Below are positions 25,752-38,902 of a DNA stretch of 64,000 nucleotides, in pieces. The stretch is taken from assembly GCF_006345805.1 (NCBI RefSeq), contig NC_042997.1, positions 122,574,001 to 122,638,000 of the forward strand, given 5' to 3'. Numbering within the stretch: the first letter of the stretch is position 1; every line of letters starts with the position of its first letter. The DNA comes from Octopus sinensis (taxonomy: Eukaryota). The position numbers were made by a program, and so were the translations under genes. A model generated the notes under the pieces. It worked only from the letters and a program-made list of their open reading frames with translations. It had not been told where the DNA came from and made no database searches.

Positions 25752-26700
25752 TGTATATATGCGCATGTGTGTGGGTGTATATGTGTTTTTGTATATGTTT
25801 ACACGTGAGTACGTATGTATGCTTATATGTTTGGAGCTGTGTATGCGTGCGTATATGTGCGCGTGAATATGCGTGTAGGTATCCATGCTGGTATGTATGT
25901 ACAAGATGACCACCTATATCAAGGAACTAGATTAGCTGCTCAACAGCTCTGATTTACAATACACTAAGTCCCCAGACGCCCCTCTTGAATTATTGACACC
26001 CAAAACTTCTACAACTAAATTTTGTCATTTTCCTGACCACCATGTTTGGTCCGTAACCACTATACATCCCTTATCCTTATATTCTTTTACATTTTTTATT
26101 ATTTTTATTCCTATTGTTATTTTTATTTTTATTTCTATTTTTACTTTTATTTCTATTTCTATTTTTACTTTATAACTTTATACCTTTATATTCATTTATA
26201 TTTTTTTATATTCTTTATATTCCCTTTATATCTCCTTATATCTCTTTATATCTTTATACTCTACACTTTTATATTTTTCTATATTTTTCTATACTTACAC
26301 TTTTTATATGTTTTTTATCCTTCGTCCTGAATTCTCGCCCCTCCATCTTTACCCCTATTTACTCTTATTACCAGGTCCCTTCACGTCTATATATGTATTT
26401 ATTTATTAATTTATTTACATTACTTCAACATCCAAATTTCCTCATTCTACATTGAGAGAAGAACGAGATGGACACTTAAATTCCATGCTGTTGCCGCATT
26501 ATGTCGTACGCGAATGAGAGGATTTGCATCCCCAACCAAGAATTTTTGATGTAACACATGTCCTTGTGGAAGTTGTTGTGCGCGACTGAAGAAGGCCACA
26601 GACATGCATTATGCATTATTGTTATAAATCTGTCTAATAAAGCGCCGAAACATATGTACCGCTGAATCCTTGGCATCATGTTTTTATTTTGATCAATTTA
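25752..26700 (+). repeat. 3' pseudo-LTR of the PLE
   Basis: Partner of 21707-22650; contains TG-rich and T-rich low-complexity tracts and the HHR. Confidence 0.95.
26580..26662 (+). ncRNA. Hammerhead ribozyme motif (type I, palindromic stem III)
   Basis: CTGAAGA at 26586, GGC...GCC stem II, GAAA at 26647, palindrome ACATATGT, UA cleavage site, CGC/GCG stem I with a 1.1-2.1 mismatch. Confidence 0.62.
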
Positions 26701-26769
26701 CTCCACCACCTACACCACCAAACGGTATATACAGGTGCTTACAATTATCAAGTACTTACCCCGAATTTC

Positions 26770-26813
<44 letters not shown>

Positions 26814-27089
26814 TCGTTTTGCAAGATTCGTCATGTGAATTCGTTTGTTGAAACAGATAGTGTTGTATTTGAGGATGGTCATGTTCCCAGTTTAGCCAAC
26901 AAAAACACACGGTATATTAGGTGTTCTCTTGCTTTAGCTTTATTTTATATTAATTGTATTTCGGCTAGAGTTCTTTCGTCACACTACTGAGACCTCATCA
27001 GCGGTTCTTTGCTTTCTTCTTTCTTTTTTGTGTGTCTCTCCTTACTAATGATCTGCCATTTTGTATATCCCTGTGTGCGTCTATGTTTA

Positions 27090-29153
27090 TTGCAGTACCG
27101 TGTCCTTATTTTAGATGGGGATGTTGCAGTGCCGTCCAGGTCGAGGATTGGTATAGCTGTCAATTCCAAAATTGGGAGTTAAACACTCCAAGATCTTCCA
27201 AATATATATCCCCGTATATCTCTCCTGTCTTCTCTGCAGGGAATAGAAACTGTGCTCCTTTAGCTTCTTCCAATAGCCCATCCTTTGCATCGAGTCAATC
27301 GTCTTTGTGTATTGGCGCTGGATTGCTTGAGTTCCACAGTTTGTTTCACACTCTCTTGGGGCCATAGTTGGGAGCAGTAGTCCAAGCAGCTGAGAACGAA
27401 GGCTTCCATAGGAGTAGCAGGGCCTCTGTCTTCCTGGTTCTGAATGTCCTCAGAATGAATCCAGGCACTCGCCTGCAGAGTGTTGCCATCTTGATAATAT
27501 GCACATGAAATGTTGGCTTATTGCTCATGGGAACACCCATGTCACACACCGACTCTGACTCTAGGATCGTATTACCTTCTGATCCAATGCCTGTCGATTG
27601 TAGCCTGATGTTGGACCAATAGTAGAGTGCCTGAAATTTCACAGTACTGAACTGCATGTTATTTTTGTTAGCCCATTTGTAGATTTCGTTCAGGTCTCTC
27701 TGAAGCTTTATAATGTCCTCTGAGTTCCTAAATGCCTGCGATACTTTTGTGTCGTCAGCATAACTGGTCAGATTGGCTGACTTTACCGCTGAGGGCATGT
27801 CTGGGAGGGCCACCACATATAGTAGTGGCCCCAGTAGTTCTCTGTGGGACACCACTGGGAATTGGTGCCTCTTCAGATTAGCACCATTGGCTAGAACTCT
27901 CTGACTCCTGTCGTTCAGAAAATCCATGCAACCACTAACCCAGTTGCCCGGTAATACCTAGGTTTCGCAGCTTGTGACATATCATGCCATGATCAATCTT
28001 GTCAAGGTATATTATGTCTACAGCTGGCTGGTTTAGTTGTTGCTTCAGTGCCCAGTCAAAATGTTGTAGCAAATGTGTGAGACAGCTCATCCCTGAACGA
28101 AAGCCATGTTGCGTGATTGTGAGAAGGTGGTTTTCTTTTCGGAACGTGATCAGCCTTTTTCTGACAATGCGTTCCATTGTCTTCCTAACATGTGAGGTCA
28201 GAGAGATGGTCCTGTAGTTTCTAGTGCTCCGCTCCCTCCTTTATGAACGAGTCATATTATACCCTCTTTTCGCATGTTGGGAAGTTTACCACATGCAAGG
28301 AAACACTAAAAGAGTTTTTGCAGTGGCTTTGCAAGAGCCTTTTTACATGTCTTTAAGAGAACAGCGGGTGTCCCTCTGGGCCTGTTGCTGAAATCGATCT
28401 CATTGGTCATCAATGGCCAATATTGCATTCTCTTCAGTTATGTTTATGTAATCGATGGTTGCCAAATTTCCAAATAGATTCGTTTCATTGAAAAACTCCA
28501 TCGGCTTGGTTATTTGCATATTTTCAAGTGGAGAAGTGAAAACACTTCAGAATTGTATATTTAGTGCTTCGCTTATCTTCCCCGGGTGTGAAGTTACTGA
28601 GCCGTTTTTACCCAATAGTGGCCCCGTCTAATAGGGTACTGAGGCAGACTCTTTTGCCAACGTGTAGAAAGCTTTATGATTTCTTTTCGACTGCCCGGGT
28701 TTGTCTTCTTTCTCTTTCTTTGTCATCGGAGATTTTGAGTTCATTTTCTGTCTCAAAGAATTCCTCTATCATGTGAGATTTCACACTCTCATTAAGGTGT
28801 TTGTTTAAGCGATTTGAGATCTCTATTCTCCGCTGCATGAGTATTTTCCTGTTTTTTTGTGCATATTGGCTGTCTTCTCTGAGACATATGTACATCAAAT
28901 GGCTAGCATTATTGACATAAATTTATTAAATTTCATATCTCTGTCTTGCATAAAGAGGATTTTATGCCAGACCTGCTGGAGTATCTGATTTTCAAGTGAC
29001 CTCCAGCCAGCCTTATAGAAATTTAGGCTGGAAAGCGTTCGAGCTCCATCTGTGCGGGGTTTATATTTAGTTCATTCCGAGCCATACATTGTCAATTCCA
29101 TCATGTTATGCTCTGAGAATATTGTCGGTGATATATTCACATTGTCGATTAAG
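27090..29153 (-). mobile_element. CR1/L2-group LINE, decayed (end of APE through RT)
   Basis: LIDNVNISPTIFSEHNMMEL (APE end); GFRSGMSCLTHLL; HGMICHKLRNLGI; LLGPLLYVVAL..SYADDTK; YSLQRRQERY..YIWKILE. Many frameshifts. Confidence 0.9.
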
Positions 29154-30245
29154 TTGCGTCGTTGTTCATGTGGAATCCCTGGTCCATTACCGACTCGAAC
29201 TCTGGGATTACATTGTCCACTGGTTCCGTGTACTTCAGTTGTAGTTGTTTGTTGGCTGATAGCGGAGTGCTTGAAACTGTGCGGCATTGAACTGCATATC
29301 ACTCTCATCTGCTCATATATATTCTGTTCTGGTCGTTCTTCAGTTTTAGGATGTCAGTAAGATCCTTCACCGCCTACGATACTTTTGTATCGTCGGCGTA
29401 GCTGGTGAGTGTAGCTGACACAGTAACTGAGAGAGCAACCGCAAACAGTAGTAGTCTCAGCACTGTTCCCTGAGTGACTCCATTGACGATTAGTGTCACT
29501 TTAGAAAGAGCACCATTTACTGTGACAGTCTGAATTCTGCCTTTCAGGAAATCCTGCATCCACTCTCACAGACTACCAGCGATACCGACATTACACAATT
29601 TATGACATATCATGCCATGATCGACTTTGTCAGAGGCCTTGGCAAAGTCGAGATATAATCACATCCATATTTGAATGGTTGAACTGTTTTTTTAGTACCC
29701 GGTGGAGGTGCTGTAGTAGATGTGTTAGGTAGCCCCTTCCAGGACGGAAATCCTGTTGCGTTTCTGTAAGCAAGTCATTTTCCTCTAGGAAAGTGGTCAT
29801 TCTTTTTGTGACAATGCGTTCCTTGATCTTGCTAACATGTGAGGGCAGAGAAATAGGTCTGTAGTTTATGGCATCTGCTCTGCTTCCTCCTATGTAGAGA
29901 CGGTATATGATCCTTCTTTGAACATTTGTGAAAATATATCGCATTCAAGGGAACTCTGTAAAAACATTTGCAGTGGTTTTGCGAGAGCTTTCTTACATGT
30001 TTTAAACAAAATTGCTGGAAGTCCATCTGGGCCTGTTACAGAGTTTGAGCTTATCTCATTAATCGCCGACAAATCATCCTATGCCAATGATGGTCACGTA
30101 CTTTTGTTGAGGTTTGGAGGTGTTGATGTACACATCAGACCTGGTTATTTTTATATTTTCCAGTGGAGTGGTGAATGCACTTTAAATTGTTGATGTACAC
30201 ATCAGATCCTCTCGGGATCTGCAATCAGTGAGCACTTTTCATGAA
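29154..30245 (-). mobile_element. Second CR1/L2-group LINE fragment (RT), abutting the first
   Basis: TGPDGLPAILFK, NYRPISLPSHVSKI.ERIV, FRPGR, VTQGTVL.LLLF, SYADDTKVS, MQFN..QFQAL. Confidence 0.88.
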
Positions 30246-31099
30246 ACAGCGGCCCTATTCTGCAGCGCACTGAGGCAAACCTTTTTGCATATTACATATT
30301 ACGTTTTAAAAATTAAAAATTTACAATGACTATGTGGATTTCACTGGTATCCTTATATACATACATACATACACACACGCACACATAATTATATATGCAT
30401 GCATAGAAGCACATATACATATATCAATAAATCTACATCTATGCAGTTATTCAGCGGTCTAGCCATCTATGCAGATAAGTGAAGTAACAACATTCGCACT
30501 AAATTGTAAGTGATTTCTTTCAGTTGCTATGAAATCTAGTTTAAATCAATGCTATACCGATTATTCAGACATTGTCTCTTTAGTCCTACATGTTAGATCT
30601 ATTTTTAAAGCGTTGCTGCACGATTTAAGAGACATGTGCCTACGCATTTTATCAGGTCGACTCTTACAGAAGCAGTTTATTTAGTGAAACCTTCCGTTTG
30701 TTTTGCTGAATTAATGCATATGAATATGCAAGTACGTTAAGAACATGCACTCTTTGAGACACAAACGCATATGCACACATTGACAGTCACAAGCAATCAA
30801 ACACGATAATACATGACGCTATTTCATTCTTACTCCTTCGCCTCTCTCTTTTTCTCTCTCATTCAGTTTAAGTATATATATATGTATACACAAAATATAG
30901 CTCACAGGTGATCTAAACTATTAAGTACGCTAGGTAAGTACTGTAACGGATTACCTCTCTTATTCAATATTCTTTCTTTTAACCACTCAATAGCAACCTC
31001 CGCTACTATTCTGTTAATGAATGTTGATATATCCGCATCTTTATTCTGGATGTTTACAATATCAGGTCTTTAAACCTGATTGGCGTAGGATTGCACCTA

Positions 31100-31340
31100 A
31101 GGACTAATGACTTACTTCTACAAGATCGGAAAGTTGAACTATGAATTTTTATGCTTCCTTTTCGTCTCTTTCTTCATCTCCGTATTCCTTTACTCCTGTT
31201 CTCTATGTCGTCATATCATTCATTTATACACTTCTCATTTTCCCTATTTGTCTTTGATGACGAAATATCCCATGCTCCAGGATATCCCAGAAACAGCCGT
31301 GAGACTGAATTTCTTCCAATAATAATAATGTATGATTTGA
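31100..31340 (+). mobile_element. PLE pLTR relic with decayed HHR
   Basis: CT-rich tract then TTGATGA(31254)...GGATATCCCAGAAACAGCCGTGAGAC, matching 52625 and 60795. Confidence 0.5.
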
Positions 31341-31409
31341 GAGATTTGCCTTGCCTTAACGTTTCTTGTCCTCTTTAACAATTATACACGCACACATAAA
31401 CACATATAT

Positions 31410-31825
31410 ATGAAGCAAGCTTGCTTCAGAACCCCATGGTTACGGTTTCAGTACCCCTCTGTGGCACTTTGGGCTAGTATCGACCAAAACCTTGTGGGTG
31501 GATTTGGTAGAAGGAAAGTGAAAAAAAACCATCGTGCATATGTGTGTGTGCACGCGCGTGTGTGTATATCTGTGTGTGTTTTCTGGTTGTGTGTGTATAT
31601 CTGTGTGTTTTGTGTCTGTGTCTCTCATCCCATCACTACTGGGTAGCCCGTGCTGGTGTGTTTGCGTTCGCGTAACTTAGCGGTTCGGCAAAAGTGACGG
31701 ATAGAATAAGTACTAGGCTTAGAAAATAAATTAAGTCCTGGCGTCAATTTTTTCGATTAAAACCCATCAAGGCGGTGCACCAGCATGGCCACAGTAAAAT
31801 GACAGAAACAAAAGTATATAAGAGT
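31410..31825 (+). mobile_element. tRNA-derived SINE family B with internal microsatellite, 5'-eroded
   Basis: GACCAAAACCTTGTGGGTGGATTTGGTAGA...(TG)n...GTAACTTAGCGGTTCGGCAAAAG.GAC.GATAGAATAAGTACTAGGCTTA. Confidence 0.85.
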
Positions 31826-32284
31826 ATATATATGTATATATGTGTGTCTGTGTGTATAAATATACATTCATACGTACGCACATATATGCATTTATATAAG
31901 CTAAAACAAACACACATACCCACAGAAGCAACAATGCGTATACACACTTTTTCATTCTTATACACACGCTTATACAATTCCCAACACTCTTATCAATAAA
32001 GTAATGAAAAGAAAACATATTATTGCCCCGAGTGTTATTTTTATTTCCATTCTACTATTACTTCTAACACAAGTACAAATTGATATCGACGCCGGCCGGG
32101 CAATTTCAGAAATAAACTGTTTTGTAAATCTAAAACTCATACTAACGCGATTTGGAAATTCCGAAAATGGAAATATTTCCTGTTTTGCAAGCGTTACGGC
32201 CATTTAAGTTATTTCAACTTGTGAACATATTTTCCTCATTTATCTATTTATTCATTTATTTATTCTATATTTATGCACACATCT

Positions 32285-32411
32285 TAATTATTATTATCAT
32301 TATTATTATTATCATCATCATCATCATCATTATTATTAACATTATAATAATTGTTGTTGTTACACTGTTATTATTATTGTTATAATGTTATTATTTTTAT
32401 TATTATTATTA

Positions 32412-32465
<54 letters not shown>
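32285..32465. repeat. (ATT)n/(ATC)n/(GTT)n trinucleotide array
   Basis: Direct reading. Confidence 0.95.
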
Positions 32466-35400
32466 TCATTGTTATTGCCTGTCTGGAGATAAAGTATCTC
32501 ACCATTTTATTTTATTGAATTCAAATCTGATACATCAATTTAACACTTTTTAATGTTGAGGTGATTGCAATGCGAAATAACACTCTGCTCTAAAAATATT
32601 ATATCGTTCTGCTATAAAAGATATGCACGTGATAAACTATCTTCTTTCAAACATCTTAATATTTACATTAATATAATTGTGTACATTTAATTCTGAATAT
32701 ATATGACATGGTTTTCAAAGTCATGTGCAATATACCTACATTTCCCATGGAATTTATACGCCAAATTTGACTGTGAGAAAGTGATACATTCTAGAATTGA
32801 CATTAAATTAGAGTAAATTAAATTAGGCCTTAGGTGTATTGTGTACCGTCGAGTTCAAATGACTTATCGATTATTATAAAATCTGTTAGAGGAATTTTGC
32901 TCATATATTTTTACTGGTTGTCTTCGTTATCTTCGACGCCAAACGAAGATCTGATACTAGAATTTATTTTAGGGAAGCGTTGAACCTGGCTCTCCATTTG
33001 AAGCGCGTTTTAGAGTTACAAAAATGACAACATCAAGCAACAACAAAACATCAAAAGGAACGATGCCAGTTTCCGAGTGGTGCTGAAAGGTCCGTGGCTT
33101 TGGGTAAAAGAACATACAAGAGGATCAGGTAAGTACGATTATACTCATCATACACTCAAATTCACACACTTATTGCAGCGGGCCTTCAGTTTTTCTAAGC
33201 TTTGTAAATAAAATAAGAAACAAAAAAATAAAAATATAATCAGAAGATTTGCCCTCCAACCAGGCCCTTCGTGATAACCTTATAGCTAGGAAATTTTCAA
33301 TACCCCCTTGTATAATTTGGTGCTTTCGATTTATAGAAGCTAAATTTCTTCAATGTTTATATCTTTTGGAGATATTATATATAGTTCCTCTAGTGAAGAA
33401 AGGAATATTTTTCAATATTTTTAAGGCAATGCTTTTTGCTGTACCAATAATAGAAGCTATTGGGATGGACGAATGGCTTCGGTTTCAATATGTCATGAAT
33501 AAGCATGATATATGTTCTAAAAGATCATAACATAAACGATTTTGTCAGCGAAAACAATTAGTAAGTCGTTAAGCTTGAAAAGCTGAAGTAGATCGAAATT
33601 TCTTATAATGAAAGAGGCTCAGTAAAGTTGTTTTACGCGCAATATTGTTTAAGGGATTATTTTATAATGTTCCATAAAACTACACACTTGTTCGTTAACC
33701 GCAATCACACGCAAAATACCGCATACATACCTATTACCCTACATGTATGTTAGTGTGTCTGCATAACATTGCCAATTTGTGCGCAAGTTGCCGCATTTAT
33801 TCTTTTTAAGGTGATTATTTTGCAGTATGATCTTACAAATATTTAGCAAGAATAAATTATTCTACAGTATAGTGTGATTTTCGTTAAAAATATTCTGGTC
33901 AAATGTAAAGATAAATGTGTCATTGTGTAGATATTTATGCAATGAAACGTTCCATCAAAGTGGCTATGTAAGTCAAAACCTATCAGGCATAACATAAATC
34001 AAATCTGAAGCAGATAAAAGGATTTTAACAACACTGCTCTTAGTGAAAGATGGGAATTCTTTATCCGATATAGGAATATTTTGTTCAAGCGCTTTACTGA
34101 GAATTTGAAAAACCAGATCGTGATATCAAACACGAAAAGAAAAGTAACTTCCATTAAAAGAGAAAAAAATGTTCAAATCTGAGATCAAAACAAATACTTG
34201 CAGAATTCTAAATAAATAAGGAAATCTAAGATCAATTTTCCCGAAAAGAAAGAAGCTAAGGCTATGAAAGAGCCAACGTAGTGAAATAAATACTACACGA
34301 GTTGCATTATTTATATTTCTCTCGGGATATAAACGAACATGTTACTTTAAAGAATCATGATATTTGGTTGGAATATGTACGATTTAATGGATGTTTGTAA
34401 TCGGAATAGCTTAATGTTTTAGAGGATACAAAAGTCAAAAGGAAACATTGATTGTATCGCTATGTTCATATGTGGCCTTGTCAACTATTTCAAACACCTA
34501 AAATGTTTAAGCGGAAAATACAAACTACCTGCCCATGTTATAATAAATGTACGGCATCAAATTATAAAATGTATCTATTCATTGTTGATTGCTGTAAAAA
34601 TAGAGCACATTTTCACTCTTTATTCAGTTGCAACTCTATCAACCACTCCAGCTGTAGATTTCAGTGATATATTACCTATGCTAATATGTTTATCGCTAAG
34701 TTTGAATATATACAAACATCAAATGATCCTTTCATGTGGTCAAAAATTATTGTTAGGTATTTAAAATCTAAATTTAAGTAAAAACTATGTCACATATTAT
34801 GGGTCTCACCTAGCAACGTTGACATATATGTTCGAATAATGAAAGGAAAAAAGAAAGCATATGTATCGATACATTAAATCCTATGTACTTGACTATATAG
34901 TTCATAGAAAACTGTATCATATAGCTGTTATACAGCATTAATATGAAACATCACATGAAGAAGGTTGCCCCTTAAAATAAATAATTATTCCCACCCATCT
35001 AGTGTGTCACTTTACATGATTTAACGCACGTGTCTTTGCCATAAGCAGAGTAAAACGGATTCAATTCCGACAAAATATGCACAAAATTATCCATCGTATT
35101 TTTGCTAAAATAATATGGTATGGATGAAGGGATATTAGGCTGTTACTGTCAGAAAGCCAAGTACCAGATAAAGAACTCATCGCATGTTCTTAGCATTACG
35201 TTTTCAAAGTCTGACCGATTGGTGACAATTCACTATACGTTAGGCCGCCAGTAAAATAAATATCAATGATTGTATACAGGAAATGCACGTTGTTCAATTC
35301 GGTTTGATAGTAGCATATAGCTAAGCCGCATCTGTTCAACAGAAAAAAAAGCAACAACACTTATATAATAGAAAATATTCTATGAATATTTATAAAGAAC

Positions 35401-37463
35401 AGAAATGTTGTGTTATGCACAAACAAGAGGTATTTCGTTAATTCTCATTCTTGCCAAGAAATTATTAACTGTATTTTTACAGTTTGTGTTAAATGTTATA
35501 TTACTGAATGGCAATTTAAAGTTATTTTTAGTGAGCTTCGCCTGTGATCTCTCCACATTGTTATTTTGCTTTTCGAAGAAATTCCAATAACGTAATAGAA
35601 ATCATTGCCTCTTAGCCATACACATCTTAATGGTTAAGACTCTGTCGGTGGATATTGTCTTCAAACCTGTACTGTATTCAGCAATATTTCGTTTTAAAAA
35701 TATTAAAATTATTGACTGAGATAAAAAAAAAGCAATATCTTTATTTTTAAAATTATAATTATTGTGTTTGTAACATGATAATTATAATTTAATACACCTC
35801 CAGTTTAACGTTCACTTTCTCATGTTTCAGCAATATCGTCACTTTAGAGTGCAGCGAATTTTTTTGGAAGTTCCATCAGTTTTACCACGTTATATTCTTT
35901 GTTAGTTTTAATAGATTGCATAGTTGTCGAGTGAAAAATGTAATGCGGCATGTTGAATTACTATGGTACCCTGTGGTGATTATCCCGGGTACATGCGGGT
36001 TTAGTAATAATGAGTCAATTTTTTTGTTACAAATTGATATTTTTATAGCACAGTATTCATTACAGAAATGACACAACAGTTTCTTTACAATAACCGATAA
36101 AAATGAAACGATAGTGCTTTACAATCGTGCTACGAAACATACATCTTGGCTTGTTCCAAACTGATTTTATTATTTTATTAGTTGTTGATTTTATTAAAGG
36201 TCATAGTTTATCTTCATGGTTTTCATTTGTCTATTTCCACCCTCATTTGATTTCTCATGTATTCGACCGCTACGGGATTTTCTTCTCATCGTTTTATCTT
36301 CACATTCTGTGACCTCCCACTTTTATCTTAGTTTTAATTTGTTTAGAATATTTCCTTCTTTCTCTCTCTCTCTCTCTTCCTAATTGCTTGTTGTTATTTT
36401 GGCCGCTATTTTGTATTTCTTCAGAGAATTCTTTGCCTTTAATTCATATATTATTATTTTAGTAAATAACGGTGTAGACACAAAGTCGATATTTCATAAC
36501 AGTTTCTATTTACAAAAATACATCGCCTCAAAGAGTTCATGGTCAATTTGTTCTGTGAAATTCGTGTGGTATATTGCAAAATTCATCCCATTTTCTTTGC
36601 TTTAACGTATAGTTTGGATAATACACACACTCCCACGCACGCACTTGCACACACACACATACACACTCACATACACATTTATATACATATAATTCGGATA
36701 TAGATAGCATATTTATCATATAGTGATTAATACACCACGCGAAGTCATTGGCAGGCAAAAAGACCACCCACTGGTATCCGGAGACCATTGTGGTGATACT
36801 AATTGGTACAGATTTATTAAGAAGACAAAGAATCCAGCAGCCTCAGAAGCAATATCAGCATACAAAGAATATTAGAGACAAGAGGAGTTACGTCAAAATG
36901 ATTTGAAAAAATGATGAGTTTTAATCCAGCTTAATAAGGATTAACAAAAAGAACTAAAATATTCTGGAGATGTTTGCAATGTTGAAGAATAAATTTCTTT
37001 TAGAGTAAGAAAGCAGTAATAAGATACTGCTACTGATTTTCCATGAAAAAATAGGATTTCTGCGAGAGAGAAAGAGAGAGAGTGTGTATTTATCGAAATG
37101 AAGTTTAAGCGGCTGAGCATTCCACTGACACGTGTAACTCTTCAAATGGCTCTCATATGGCATGAATGGGCCGGACCTACTAGAATACCAATAGACTTCA
37201 TACGGCGGTCGTCGACATTTTCCATCTGCCAAATTCATGTGCAGGATATGAGTCGTTTCAAGGCTATAGTAAATGTTATGTAGGCAAGAGCCAGCCGGTT
37301 TTGTCCAAATATGGAACTACTTGATTATTCGACGACACTATGTTCACATACATACATTCATATACATGGACATGCATAAGCGAAAGCACAATGATATACA
37401 AAGACGCACGTACGCACACCATCACACTGACACAAACACACACAAACGCACAGAGACACATAG

Positions 37464-37502
<39 letters not shown>

Positions 37503-37643
37503 GTTGTGTTTTAAGTCTACCTTCGTTTTCATGTTAAGATATTAAGATATTTTCTTAACACGAAACAAATGGCAGTCTTAGTACAAAAAGAATTTTTATG
37601 CACCTATGAATTATATTGTTGATCATTCTCCCAGTTCGACACA

Positions 37644-37674
<31 letters not shown>

Positions 37675-37675
37675 C

Positions 37676-37744
<69 letters not shown>

Positions 37745-38902
37745 ATATATATATATTAGTTTAATGGGTGGGGTACATTTTGCCGGTAAGATTCTTAATT
37801 TAAATGTGTTGTCTTGATTAAACTAAAACAAAATTGATAGCGACACTGAATGAAAAATATGGATAACACTTTGAGAAATGAAGAATAGCTCAAACCGAAT
37901 TTACACTTAGAGACAAAGGATTATCTGTTGTGTGCTTGAATAAAGGAACAACGGTGGTAATGATCGTAATTATTAGAACACATCAGCACAGAAGTGAAAA
38001 GTCGAACTTAGCCTGGAGATGTTTCAGTAGTCTTATATATAATGAAATCATTACAAGAATTTCAATCAATATAATTCAATTTAATTTTGGAAGAAATCTA
38101 TTTAAGGACGATACTAATAGATAATTTTAATTTCGTTACCTAAAGGAAGCTAACATTACCCTTATGATATAAGCTTGATACACAACACATTTGAAAGAAG
38201 GAATTCTAACAGAAGTTTACTTGAATCATTAAAAGATTGCATCAAAAATAATTAGACTTTTTGTGAGGTTTGTAGATCTTATTAATAGATCTATTTTTGC
38301 CGCAACATGCGAGCATGCAACTAATAGATGTCTATGCAATAAACAAGATTTTGTCATTTGTACTCCAAAAGTTCTGAAGAACTGTCTGTGAGAGCACTTC
38401 ATGGTTATAGAAAGAGACAATGGGTATTGAAGTGTTTTGAAGTCAGATATATTTGATGAGCTGCCGGAAATTAGATGTATCAAAACATCTCTCCACGCGT
38501 ACCCTTTTATAATTTTGATGTCGATCAAATGGGACATAGGTATTTTGACAGCCAACCTTCTATAGTTACAGACTTTGCGTACATCAAGAGTTTGTATCAA
38601 TGTAGGTGGCGTTCCTATTTTCAACGGAAATATGCGAAGGACGGCAATTCGTTGAAAGAAAATTGAGAAAATCTGCTGATTAGTTGGTAGCATAATTAAC
38701 ATCAGTAAATACATAAAATAACTTGTATCATCTCGATCGGGTGGTATATGTTAAATGATGGTTATATTAATAATCTTTGCATGCCAATTCGTCTTGAGGA
38801 AAGCCATATAATTATCAAGTTCAGAAAGCCATTGATGATATGTGAAAGTCTCGGGTAGGTATTCCGTAGCAGTTAAGCAGTTGTATTTATCATTATTTTT
38901 CA

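Larger units (their letters stand above)
21707..26768 (+). mobile_element. Penelope-like retroelement, Naiad-type, 5'-truncated with inverted 5' pLTR
   Basis: RT plus GIY-YIG ORF; ~945-bp inverted terminal copies 21707-22650 and 25752-26700; HHR motif in each; 68-bp tail to (TA)n at ~26769; left end abuts CA/TA microsatellite. Confidence 0.92.

Noticed and set aside
26950-27010. Minus-strand CTGATGA-GGTC...GAC-GAAA-GAAC-TC hammerhead-like string
   Set aside because: The core and stem II are plausible, but stem I cannot form and stem III is neither paired nor palindromic.
30121-30206. 19-bp direct repeat TGTTGATGTACACATCAGA
   Set aside because: Small local duplication inside a decayed LINE; only two units, not CRISPR-like.
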